Shown: positions 31,486-39,860 of the stretch, piece by piece
Layout of the letters: each line of letters opens with the position of its first letter
How positions within the stretch are numbered: the stretch's first letter is position 1
Assembly (NCBI GenBank): GCA_028287625.1
Contig: JAQBPH010000285.1
Location: 1 to 43,161, forward strand
Length of the DNA: 43,161 nucleotides
Source: Chloroflexota bacterium
GTDB taxonomy: Bacteria > Chloroflexota > Dormibacteria > Aeolococcales > Aeolococcaceae
Direction: 5' to 3'
Notes under the pieces: generated by a model
Told to the model about the DNA's origin: nothing
Database searches by the model: none
Seen by the model: the letters and a program-made list of their open reading frames with translations, nothing else
Program-made: the position numbers and the translations under genes

Positions 31486-31609
31486 GGGCCGCTCTGCCGA
31501 AGTGGCCGAGAGCATACCACGCCAGAATCGGACGTCACTCCGCCATGGCCCGTCGGAGTAAACACCGGTCCGGAAATTGGCGGGAGGGGACAGGTATTCC
31601 GCCTGCTCG

Positions 31610-32506
31610 ATGGATAGGCTCGACCGGGTGTCCATCTTCCTGTCGGCTCTGATCATCGGCCTGACATTCGGTGCCGTCTACGGGCTGATGGCCTTCGGCA
31701 TGGTCGCCTCCTACCGGATCACCGGTATCATCAACATGGGCCAGGCGGGCATCGCAGCTCTGAGCGCCGCGCTCTACTGGAAGGTGGCCGCGGTCTGGGG
31801 CGTCCCCAGGATCGTCTCCGCTCTCGGCGCGATCGTCATCGGCGGGCTGCTGGGGGCGATCATCGGCTACATCGCCCTCAAGGTCAGCTGGCCGAAGGTC
31901 GTCACCATGATCTTCACGCTGGCGATCACGTTCCTGCTCTTCACGTGCTCGGAGCTCACCACCACCCTGTACAACCAGTCCGGGGCGACGGTGTTCGGGG
32001 ACAGCGGGTTCGACGTCGGCTACACCTACGTCACGCTGGATCAGATCGGCAGCTTCATGACGTGTCTGGTCGTGGTGCTGCTGACCACATGGGCGCTCCG
32101 CAGGACGCGCTTCGGCCTGTTCGTGCGCGTGATCTACGACGACCCCGTGGTGGCGGCGACATTGGGCATCCCACTGCCCGGCTATGTCGTCAGGGTGTGG
32201 GCGATCGCAGGGTGCCTCGCTGCGCTGGCGGGGATGCTGGTGAGCATCCGCACCTCCCTTGATCCCACCATGATCCTCTTCGTCATGGTGTGGGGGCTGG
32301 CCAGCGCCGTGCTCGGCGGTCTGGAGTCCTTTGCCCTGGCGTTCGCCGGTGGGCTGACCCTCGGTATCTCACAGGGACTCCTGGGCGGCATGCTGTCCGG
32401 AGTTCTCGGGCCGGGGATGGAGAACCTGACCGCGATCCTGATCGTGGCCATCGGGGTGCTGTACATGGGCAGGAAACGGCGACATCTCGCTCACCTGCAG
32501 AACTGA
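31610..32506 (+). CDS. LivH-like ABC permease, paralog B
   Basis: 298 aa from the ATG at 31610; a TTG at 31577 is also possible. It aligns along its length with the 17864-18748 product (GAVYGLMAFGMVASYRITGIINMGQAG, RRTRFGLFVRVIYDDPVVAATLGI, GGLESFALAFAGGLTLGISQG). Confidence 0.85.
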   Translation: MDRLDRVSIFLSALIIGLTFGAVYGLMAFGMVASYRITGIINMGQAGIAALSAALYWKVAAVWGVPRIVSALGAIVIGGLLGAIIGYIALKVSWPKVVTMIFTLAITFLLFTCSELTTTLYNQSGATVFGDSGFDVGYTYVTLDQIGSFMTCLVVVLLTTWALRRTRFGLFVRVIYDDPVVAATLGIPLPGYVVRVWAIAGCLAALAGMLVSIRTSLDPTMILFVMVWGLASAVLGGLESFALAFAGGLTLGISQGLLGGMLSGVLGPGMENLTAILIVAIGVLYMGRKRRHLAHLQN

Positions 32507-32515
32507 GGAAGGTCG

Positions 32516-35083
32516 GTGACTCCCCAGTCGATCCCCGCCCTCCTCGTCGCGCTGCTGGGGGTGGGCGCCTTCTTCCTCCTTCCGGACTACCTGCTCTACG
32601 CCGCGTCCGCGGCCCTGGTGTCCGGGCTCATCGGTCTGGGCCTGTACCTGCCCATGGCCTCTCTTCGGGTGATGCCCCTCAACACCGCCGGCACGGTGGG
32701 GCTGGCGGCATTCCTGTTCGCCCAGTTCACATCCCATGGCGGGGTGGGGAGCTACGTGCTCGGCGCCATTCTCGGGCTGGGATCGGCGGTGGGCGTCTCG
32801 ATGCTCACCGGGCTGGCCTCGCTGGCGGTGACCGGCCTCTACTTCGTGGTCGCATCGCTGGTGGTCCAGCTGGGCATCGAGAAGGTGGCGTTCTCGATCC
32901 CCAGGATCACCGGAGGGGCCGAGGGGTGGACCGTGGGGCAGCCCGTGCTCGATGGCTGGCTCGACACCCAGCGTGCGATCTACCTGATCACCGGCGCGGT
33001 GGTGCTGTGCATCGCGCTCACGGTGCGGGCCTGGATGAGGACGCGGTTGGGCTTCCAGGCCATGCTCGTCGGCCATCAGCCTGACGGCGCCTCGGCGGTG
33101 GGGCTGCGCAACTCCCTGATCAAGTTGCTCGTGTTCGGCATCAGCGGGCTGGTGATCGGTCTCGGCGGGCTGCTCACCGCCTTCGTGAACGGGACGCCGC
33201 CGCCATCGGGGATCTTCTTCGGTGTGATCGTCTCGGTGATCTACCTGGCGATCCTCCTCGCCAGCGGGATGCGTCAGCTGTCCTCGATCTGGCTCGTGGC
33301 AGCGGCGTTCACCGCCATCCCCATCCTGCTCGAGCGCTTCCATCTATTCCCCGACTTCGTGGTCGGCTGCATCCTGCTCAGCGCGATCCTGTTTGGCCAG
33401 AACCAGAACTGGATCGCCATCCAGGCCCGGCGCCTGGGCCGGCGTGCACGCCCGGTCGGGACGGCCCGCGTGGCGGCCCGGGACTTCGTCACGCTCGACC
33501 GGACACGGGTGAGCCCCGGACCTCCGGAGACGGAGGCCGATCGGCTTCCACTCGTCGCGCTCGAGGGCAGGGACATCACCGTGGACTTCGGCGGTGTTCG
33601 CGCCCTCGACGCGGTGAGCGTGCGCGTGCTGCCCGGGCAGCGGGTCGGCATCGTGGGAGCGAACGGTGCAGGCAAGACCACTCTGGTCAATGCTCTGACC
33701 GGCTTCGTATCACCGCAGCAGGGAAGAGTGCTGCTCGGTTCCCGAGACATCACCACCTGGGCGCCCCGTGCTCGCGCCCGCGCCGGCATCCTGCGCACCT
33801 TCCAGTTCCCGACCCTCGCGGACGTGCTCACCGTGGAGCAGAACGTGGTCTGCGTGCACGGGTACGACAAGGCGCGCCATCGCGATCGCGTGAGCTGGCT
33901 CCTGGAGAGGTTCCAGCTCGATGCCCGCCGCGCCACGCCGGTGGCGGCGCTCTCCTTCGGCCAGCGGCGCAAGCTGGAGCTCGTGCGTGCGCTGGCGACG
34001 AGTCCCCAGGTGCTGATTCTCGACGAGCCGACCGGCGGGCTCATGGACGAACAGGCCGACAACCTCGCCGAGGTCCTGCTCCAGCTGCAGGCGATCGATG
34101 GCTGGGGACTGCTCATCATCGAGCACAATCCCCGAGTCCTCACCGCACTGTCCCAGCATCTCATCGTGCTCGAGAACGGCCGGCTGCTCGTCGAGGGCCC
34201 CACCGACGCGGTCATCAGGCAGGAGGAGGTGCGGCGCGTCTATCTCGGCACGAACGTGGATGAGGTCCGGGCACCTCGGCACGCAGCCCTGGCTCCGCGG
34301 GCGGAGACGCGGGTCTCGGTCACGTCCGCCGTCAGGGGGACCGCGGCCGGGCACGAGGGCGGTGGCCTTCAGGTCCGCGATCTCCACCTGAGCTACGGCC
34401 CGATGCCGGTGCTGCGCGGTGTGAGCCTCGACTGCCGCCCGGGACGCATCGTCGGGGTGGTCGGCGGGAACGGCGTGGGCAAGACCAGCCTGCTGTCAGG
34501 GATCGCCGGTGTGGTGAGGACGTCCGCAGGGTTGGTGCACCTGGACGGAGAGGACATCTCGCACTGGCCCGCGTACCGCCGTGGCCAGGCCGGCATGGTG
34601 ATGATCGCTGAGCGCCGCCGCGTGCTCCCGTCGCTGTCCGTCAGGGACAACCTCCATGCGGGCGGCTGGGGCCTCGACAGGGCCGAGGTGGAGGCGCGCG
34701 TCGACCGCGTCCTCGAGCTGTTCCCGCCCATCGCCGAACGCCTGACGGTGCCCTCGTATCGCCTCTCCGGTGGCGAGCAGAGAATGGTCTCCATCGGCCG
34801 TGCCCTGGTCACCGGCGCCCGTTGCCTCCTCTTCGACGAGTTCTCCCTGAGCCTCTCGCCGCGGATGGTCGGCGAGCTCACGGAGATCATCCAGGCCCTG
34901 GCCGACGAGGGTCGGATCATCCTCCTCGTCGAGCAGTACATCGGGGTGCTGCTCGAGATCGCCGACACGATCCACGTGCTCGAGCGGGGGCGGTTCGTGT
35001 TCGGTGGTCCCAGCGAGGAGGCCGCCCAGTGGCTCGAGCATCACGGCTACCTGGCTCAGGCGCAGGGCGAGCCGATCCGCTGA
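32516..35083 (+). CDS. single-ORF LivM-LivG-LivF triple fusion (permease plus two ABC ATPase domains), 855 aa
   Basis: A GTG follows GAGGAAGG. Residues about 1-330 are LivM-like (FSIPRITGGAEGW, RTRLGFQAMLVGHQPDGASAVGL). Residues about 350-600 are LivG-like (GANGAGKTT, FGQRRKLELVRAL, LILDEPTGGL, IIEHN, RRVYLG). Residues about 625-855 are LivF-like (GGNGVGKTS, LSGGEQRMVSIGR, LLFDEFSLSLSP, LLVEQY, QWLEHHGY). All lie in one frame with no stop. Confidence 0.85.
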   Translation: MTPQSIPALLVALLGVGAFFLLPDYLLYAASAALVSGLIGLGLYLPMASLRVMPLNTAGTVGLAAFLFAQFTSHGGVGSYVLGAILGLGSAVGVSMLTGLASLAVTGLYFVVASLVVQLGIEKVAFSIPRITGGAEGWTVGQPVLDGWLDTQRAIYLITGAVVLCIALTVRAWMRTRLGFQAMLVGHQPDGASAVGLRNSLIKLLVFGISGLVIGLGGLLTAFVNGTPPPSGIFFGVIVSVIYLAILLASGMRQLSSIWLVAAAFTAIPILLERFHLFPDFVVGCILLSAILFGQNQNWIAIQARRLGRRARPVGTARVAARDFVTLDRTRVSPGPPETEADRLPLVALEGRDITVDFGGVRALDAVSVRVLPGQRVGIVGANGAGKTTLVNALTGFVSPQQGRVLLGSRDITTWAPRARARAGILRTFQFPTLADVLTVEQNVVCVHGYDKARHRDRVSWLLERFQLDARRATPVAALSFGQRRKLELVRALATSPQVLILDEPTGGLMDEQADNLAEVLLQLQAIDGWGLLIIEHNPRVLTALSQHLIVLENGRLLVEGPTDAVIRQEEVRRVYLGTNVDEVRAPRHAALAPRAETRVSVTSAVRGTAAGHEGGGLQVRDLHLSYGPMPVLRGVSLDCRPGRIVGVVGGNGVGKTSLLSGIAGVVRTSAGLVHLDGEDISHWPAYRRGQAGMVMIAERRRVLPSLSVRDNLHAGGWGLDRAEVEARVDRVLELFPPIAERLTVPSYRLSGGEQRMVSIGRALVTGARCLLFDEFSLSLSPRMVGELTEIIQALADEGRIILLVEQYIGVLLEIADTIHVLERGRFVFGGPSEEAAQWLEHHGYLAQAQGEPIR

Positions 35084-35401
35084 CGCGGGTTTCTGCCGCT
35101 TGGGGCGGCTGCTCACCACGACGGGTTTGGGTGCGGCGGGTTGCTCGGTGCGGATGCCCGGCGGGAATGCGCGACGCGCTCTCGTGGCGACAGGAGTTGA
35201 CTACTCACTTCTGACTGGTAGGGATGCGGCAGTTGAGGGCAGGACAGCCTGGATGTACAAAGGGGCGAACGAATCGTCATGTCCCCGTCGCACCAGGGCC
35301 GTTCCGCTCTACGCGATCGTGGCGACGGTTGTGCTTTCGTGACAAAGCCGCGGCTTGGAAGCACGTGATAGCCTACAGGCCCCCTTGGAGGAGAGAACCT
35401 G

Positions 35402-35800
35402 ATGCCGCTCCGCGAGACGTCCGACCGAAAGCGTGCTGCCGCCTCGGTGAGGCGAAGCGCCGAGGTGCCGCATGACAAGGCCCGCACCGCCGGCGCAGGA
35501 TCCACATCCCTGCCACTGATGCTCATCTCCACGCCGGGTACGCTGGACGCCGCCTCGTCCCATGCGGGGCTGCTCGACGTCGCCCGCACTCTCCTCTTCC
35601 ATCTCCAGTGCTGCAACCGCTGCCCCGAGCGCGAATACCTCGTCCTCAAGGCATGCGTTGTTCGCCTCGACGCTGCGCTGGCAGTCGGGGTCTATCCCTA
35701 CCTGCTCGACATCTGCGCCGACGATCTGGCGGCGCAGATCAGTCGCATCCGAACCGGGGGATTCCCGTGCTCCGCCCGGCGGTTGCGCCGGGTCGGATGA
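35402..35800 (+). CDS. hypothetical Cys-rich protein (132 aa)
   Basis: GGAGGAGAG lies about 7 nt upstream of the ATG. There is a strong third-position GC bias in this frame. It reads HLQCCNRCPEREYLVLKACVVRLDAALAVGVYPYLLDICADDL. No family is recognised. Confidence 0.45.
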   Translation: MPLRETSDRKRAAASVRRSAEVPHDKARTAGAGSTSLPLMLISTPGTLDAASSHAGLLDVARTLLFHLQCCNRCPEREYLVLKACVVRLDAALAVGVYPYLLDICADDLAAQISRIRTGGFPCSARRLRRVG

Positions 35801-36013
35801 CGTCTGCTCCGCAACTCTCGGTGCCCCGCCGCGTGGAGAGTAGGGCCTGACCGCACCCACGCGCCGATGGAGGTGCCGTCTGTGGCAGCCTCCGGTCCCC
35901 GAGAACAGGTGCGTCGCATTCTTGTCTTCGCAGGACGAAGCACCTGGTGCCGCCCGCCAGCATGATGGGGTCGGCTGGAGCGACGTCCGGTCGCCAGGGG
36001 CAATCATCGAACG

Positions 36014-36595
36014 ATGGCGGATGGGAAAGGTGCCATGGACGACGTCGCGACACCAATTGTTGGATTCAGGTGTTGGATCCTGGAGCTCGGCCGACCGGTT
36101 CTGAGGAGCGTCGCCATGCGGTCTGTGTGGCCTGCGGGGCAGGTTGTGGAGGCGGCGTGCATGAGCTCCGCATACGAACCGCCGACGCACCGCGCTCCGC
36201 TCGACGGGTGCAGGTGCGGGCTGTATGCACGGACCACTCTCGACGGCTGCTTCGACGAGTACCCATACTATCCCGTGTATGGGTACAGCATGCCCACCAG
36301 AGCGTTCATGGCGACCGGCGCAGTGCTCATGTGGGGGATCACTCTGCGGGGACGGCGCGTCATCAGGTCTCAGTACTCCAGGGTCCTCTGCTTGACGGAG
36401 AGGCCCGACATCTGGGCATCCCGGACGGGTCCCCTCTTCCCGTCGGCGATCGTCACCGAGACCGTGGCGGCGCGTCACCAGACACTGGAGGCCATCTGTC
36501 GGGAGTACGGGGTGCCGATGGTCCCGTTCAGATCCATGGAACGCTATGTCGCCGAGTTCGGCGAGCTGAGTGAGAGGCCCGATGCCGCCGCCTGA
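36014..36595 (+). CDS. hypothetical protein with GFRCW ... CRCGLYA motifs (193 aa)
   Basis: Good coding statistics. The conserved-looking Cys/His pattern is VGFRCW, VWPAGQVVEAAC, HRAPLDGCRCGLYA. The start is ambiguous (ATG at 36014, or ATG at 36035 after GGGAAAGG). Confidence 0.6.
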   Translation: MADGKGAMDDVATPIVGFRCWILELGRPVLRSVAMRSVWPAGQVVEAACMSSAYEPPTHRAPLDGCRCGLYARTTLDGCFDEYPYYPVYGYSMPTRAFMATGAVLMWGITLRGRRVIRSQYSRVLCLTERPDIWASRTGPLFPSAIVTETVAARHQTLEAICREYGVPMVPFRSMERYVAEFGELSERPDAAA

Positions 36596-37472
36596 TCGAG
36601 TCCGAGGATGGCGATGGCCCCGCGGTGCGGCCGTCCTCATGGTGATGATCACCGGGACGATGCTCAGTGGGTGTGGTGGAGGCGGTGACGCCGGCGCATC
36701 GTCGAACCCGGTGCCTTCAGCGAACGGGCCCGTGTTTCCCTTCAGCCGTGTCCAGGTCGGCACCTTCACCTTCGAGGCCGACCCATCCCGCTCCGATCGC
36801 GCCATCTTTCACGTCCGGACCGCTCAGCCGATGATCTGCGCGGTGGTATGGGGACCGACCGAGAAGTTCGGTCACTTCAACAACAGCCTGAACATGGACG
36901 GGACCGGCCTAATTCGGCACGACGTGTATCTGCCTGGTGCCCAGTCCGGTGTCGCGTACAGGTTCATCGTTCAGGGCACCACCGCCGACGGGACGCTGTA
37001 TCGATCGCCGGTCGGGAGCTTCAACATCACAGCGCGGAGCACGGGCTCGGAGCCGGGGGCCACCACCTATGGTGCCAATCTCGCTCGCTCGGCGCATGTG
37101 ACCGCCTTCAGCTCCGAGTACTCGGCGTCGTTCGCCGCCTCCAACGCCATCGACGACAACCCCAACACCGAATGGGCGAGCAAGGGGGACGGGAACGGGG
37201 CGTTCATCACTCTCGACCTCGGCGCACCGACGAGGATCGCCGCTGTCGAGTTCCTCACCCGATCCATGGCGGACGGCACCGCGATCACGTCGACGTACAG
37301 CGTGACAGTTGACGGGGCCCACACGTTGGGCCCGTTCCCCGCCGGTACCCTGGTGGATCCTCGACCGTCGGCGGTGAGCGTCACCGGACGCACCCTCCGA
37401 TTCCAGGTGACAGCATCCAGTGGTGGGAATACCGGAGCGATCGAGATCCGGGTGCTCGCGCCCCCGGGCTGA
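36582..37472 (+). CDS. lipoprotein with a C-terminal F5/8 type C (discoidin) domain
   Basis: The lipobox is MITGTMLSGCGGGG. The C-terminal half reads SNAIDDNPNTEWASKGDGNGAFITLDLGAPTRIAAVEF...GAIEIRVLA, typical of discoidin carbohydrate-binding modules. It overlaps the previous gene by 14 nt. Confidence 0.8.
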   Translation: MPPPDRVRGWRWPRGAAVLMVMITGTMLSGCGGGGDAGASSNPVPSANGPVFPFSRVQVGTFTFEADPSRSDRAIFHVRTAQPMICAVVWGPTEKFGHFNNSLNMDGTGLIRHDVYLPGAQSGVAYRFIVQGTTADGTLYRSPVGSFNITARSTGSEPGATTYGANLARSAHVTAFSSEYSASFAASNAIDDNPNTEWASKGDGNGAFITLDLGAPTRIAAVEFLTRSMADGTAITSTYSVTVDGAHTLGPFPAGTLVDPRPSAVSVTGRTLRFQVTASSGGNTGAIEIRVLAPPG

Positions 37473-37483
37473 TGACGGTGCGC

Positions 37484-38002
37484 TCATCGTAGCGGCTCCG
37501 AGCTGTCCCCCGTGCCGCTCCACCCTGTGATCAGGCCGGCCACGGGCTGTGAGCGGCCATCCTGTGCCGATCCGACGGCCGCTCCGTCCCGGTCGCCATG
37601 CAGCAGCCGCAGGCAGGCCACCCGATTCACCGCGACCGAGCAGTTCGTCGCTGCCTCTCGGGATTGGACGAGGGCGCTGCCGCTGTTCATGCGGACGATG
37701 TAGGTACTGCCGGTATCGTGGCTCGACGAGTCGGCGTGAAGGACGACGATTTCGGTCGTGCCTCCCGCGGCACTGGCGGTCAGCGCGTCGCTCTGGCTGG
37801 AGGCCGCCGACCTCCCTCCCACCGCGTCCGCATCGCTTCGTGCGTCTCCGGCGCTGAGGTGGAGCAGGCTGGGATCGACGAGGACCAGGTCGGCCAGCGT
37901 CGCCTCCGTATGAGCGCCGGACCTGGTGTCGGAGGCCCAGCTTCTCACCTGCCAGCGGTCGATCGCCAGACGCAGGAGCGGATTGGCGGGAAGAGAGACC
38001 AT
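37484..38002 (-). CDS. hypothetical protein (172 aa)
   Basis: ATG-start ORF with reasonable third-position GC. It has no signal peptide and no recognised motif. It is convergent with the discoidin gene across an 11-nt gap. Confidence 0.4.
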   Translation of the reverse strand: MVSLPANPLLRLAIDRWQVRSWASDTRSGAHTEATLADLVLVDPSLLHLSAGDARSDADAVGGRSAASSQSDALTASAAGGTTEIVVLHADSSSHDTGSTYIVRMNSGSALVQSREAATNCSVAVNRVACLRLLHGDRDGAAVGSAQDGRSQPVAGLITGWSGTGDSSEPLR

Positions 38003-38165
38003 GGCGCCATCGTCGTATCCGTTGGCAGGAGCCTGCCCTTCGTAGGCCGGCTCACTGAGCAGGCGCGTTCCGCGGGCCTCCCCACCAGACTGATTCGGCT
38101 CGTGTCAGAGCCCTGTCATGGGCGGTGGGAGCCAGGCGCGATTCCCTGTCCTCCTGGACAGCGGA

Positions 38166-38199
38166 CGAAGGAGGGCCCGAGCGTTCGGGCCCTCCTTCG
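38166..38199. terminator. strong GC-rich hairpin (15-bp perfect stem, 4-nt loop) downstream of the Pro-rich gene
   Basis: CGAAGGAGGGCCCGA-GCGT-TCGGGCCCTCCTTCG lies 25 nt past the stop at 38224. There is no U-tract, as is common in high-GC actinobacteria. Confidence 0.55.
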
Positions 38200-38223
38200 C
38201 GTTGCGAGGAGAGACGTTCAGTG

Positions 38224-38454
38224 TCAGTGCGCCTGGTATCCCCCGGGGGAAGGGCTGGGGCTTGGGATGCTCGGCCCGGCCGGAAGGGGAAGGGGAAGCG
38301 GCGGCGGATCCTGGGGCGACGCGGGCGACGCCTGCGCCGCCGCGGCCGGAACGGCGTGATCCGTGAACATCCGCGGAGAGACGGGAGCGATGAGCAGGGC
38401 CCCCGCGACAGCGCCCACGACCAGAGAGCGAACCCGGAGATGTCGGTGAGTCAT
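38224..38454 (-). CDS. small secreted proline-rich protein (76 aa)
   Basis: AGGGAGGAAGG lies 7 nt upstream of the ATG. It has a signal-like N-terminus (RSLVVGAVAGALLIAPVSP) and the mature part SPASPQDPPPLPLPLPAGPSIPSPSPSPGGYQAH. Confidence 0.55.
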   Translation of the reverse strand: MTHRHLRVRSLVVGAVAGALLIAPVSPRMFTDHAVPAAAAQASPASPQDPPPLPLPLPAGPSIPSPSPSPGGYQAH

Positions 38455-38564
38455 CGAAAACCTTCCTCCCTGCAGAGTCGCCCCGCCGTCAGGTCAACTC
38501 CTCCCAGCCCTCGACGTTGATATCGGCGGGTTTCAGTATCGGCGCCCCGGAAGGCCACAGGCTA

Positions 38565-38736
38565 GTCCGACAGGGCCAAGTGTGGGGCCGGCCTCGCGTA
38601 CCCCAGGGACAGGGTGCGCGACGGTGCGGTCGCGTGTCCGACAGCACCCATCCCACAGGGGACAACGTGGGAGGGGAAAGTCTGTCCAGAAGGACATGCC
38701 CCCCTGATCTCGCATCGCCTACTTTCGCGATCGCCC
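38565..38736. repeat. copy 2 of the ~170-nt conserved intergenic element (core 38660-38701)
   Basis: See copy 1. It has the same orientation and the exact 16-mer TGTCCAGAAGGACATG. Relative to copy 1 it carries a 15-nt insertion and lacks a 14-nt segment. Confidence 0.7.
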
Positions 38737-38771
38737 TCGAAGTGACGCGCACACGTGGAGGCGTTGACGGC

Positions 38772-39860
38772 ATGAAGGCGATTCCCTGTCCTGTGTGGCG
38801 AGGCGCGCACCGGCAACTCCCGATGGGGGTGGTGGCACTGGGTGTGGGGGCGCTCGTCGGTGCGTGCGGAGGCGACACCAGCGTGGACACCCCAGGGACC
38901 TCGGCGGCGCAGAGCACCAGCGCGATGATGTCGACGAGCAGCGGTCCGGTCGTCAACCACGTTCACGGCGCCGTCATGGGTGTCACGCCAAGCCAGATCC
39001 TTCTGGGGACGCATTACGGCCTCGAGGTCAGCAACGATCTGGGGACGACCTGGCAGCCCGTCCCTTCGGTGGCAGGCGACTCGGTCGCCGCCATCATCAG
39101 GCTTCCCACCGACTACGTCGGTGCCTTCGAGCCCATGAGCGCGACCGGCCGGATGGCGGGCCCGGCATATGTCATGTACTCGAGCGATGGCCAGAACTGG
39201 ACACGAGCGACGGGCCTCGCTCCCGGCTCCATCAGCAACCTGGTGGCCGCGGACAGTGGGCTGGGAGCCTGGGCATCGGTCACCAACGTCGGTATCTTCC
39301 ACAGCGTCGATGGGGGTCACACCTGGAGCGTCGTGCTTCCCACGACCAAGATCCTGACCGCTCTCGAGCAGGTTGGACGGAACCTGGTCTTCACGACCCA
39401 GGACGGGATCGAGGTCACCTCCAGCACCGGCGCGAGCATGCCCGCGAGCCCCGTCCTCACCCAGGCGATGAACGACATGTCTCCCTGGTCGGCGTGCCCG
39501 ACCTGTCTCCTGGCCACGCTGGCCAGTGGGGACATCGCCACGAGCCGGGACGCGGGCCACACCTGGGAGACGACCAGGACCGGCCACGCGTTCGACAGGG
39601 TCACATCGTTCCCTGGTCTGGGCACGACGCTCTTCGGCATGGTCGCAGCGCCGGTCGCGACGGATCAGGGGCTGTGGCGGTCGACGGACACAGGCCACAC
39701 CTGGACATCGGTGATCAAACAGCCCAACGTCGACGGGATGCTCGACGTCCGAGGCTCGGCGCCGGCACTGCTCGCCTTTCAGTGGGGCATCACGGTGTGG
39801 CGGTCCGCGGACGCGGGTGCGACCTGGGCCAGGCTCTCCTCGCTGACGGGTGCGATGTGA
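38772..39860 (+). CDS. BNR/sialidase-like (Ycf48-like) beta-propeller lipoprotein
   Basis: GGAGG lies about 10 nt upstream of the ATG at 38772. The lipobox is GALVGACGG. Repeated S.D.G.TW units are present (SNDLGTTWQ, SSDGQNWT, SVDGGHTWS, SRDAGHTWE, STDTGHTWT, SADAGATWA). The propeller starts with an HVHG motif. Confidence 0.8.
   Translation: MKAIPCPVWRGAHRQLPMGVVALGVGALVGACGGDTSVDTPGTSAAQSTSAMMSTSSGPVVNHVHGAVMGVTPSQILLGTHYGLEVSNDLGTTWQPVPSVAGDSVAAIIRLPTDYVGAFEPMSATGRMAGPAYVMYSSDGQNWTRATGLAPGSISNLVAADSGLGAWASVTNVGIFHSVDGGHTWSVVLPTTKILTALEQVGRNLVFTTQDGIEVTSSTGASMPASPVLTQAMNDMSPWSACPTCLLATLASGDIATSRDAGHTWETTRTGHAFDRVTSFPGLGTTLFGMVAAPVATDQGLWRSTDTGHTWTSVIKQPNVDGMLDVRGSAPALLAFQWGITVWRSADAGATWARLSSLTGAM

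Noticed and set aside
15602-38736. The two element copies as att-like direct repeats of a recently integrated 23-kb genomic island.
   Set aside because: The copies are only about 86% identical in the best 42 nt and are diverged with indels elsewhere. There is no integrase, tRNA or mobility gene. The enclosed DNA has the same GC and codon style as the flanks. I kept this only as a low-probability alternative.
38517-38771. An upstream in-frame extension of the BNR-like lipoprotein ORF (the track ORF starts at 38517).
   Set aside because: The extension covers the conserved non-coding element and has no signal-peptide logic. The ATG at 38772 has an SD and yields a standard lipoprotein signal peptide with a lipobox.
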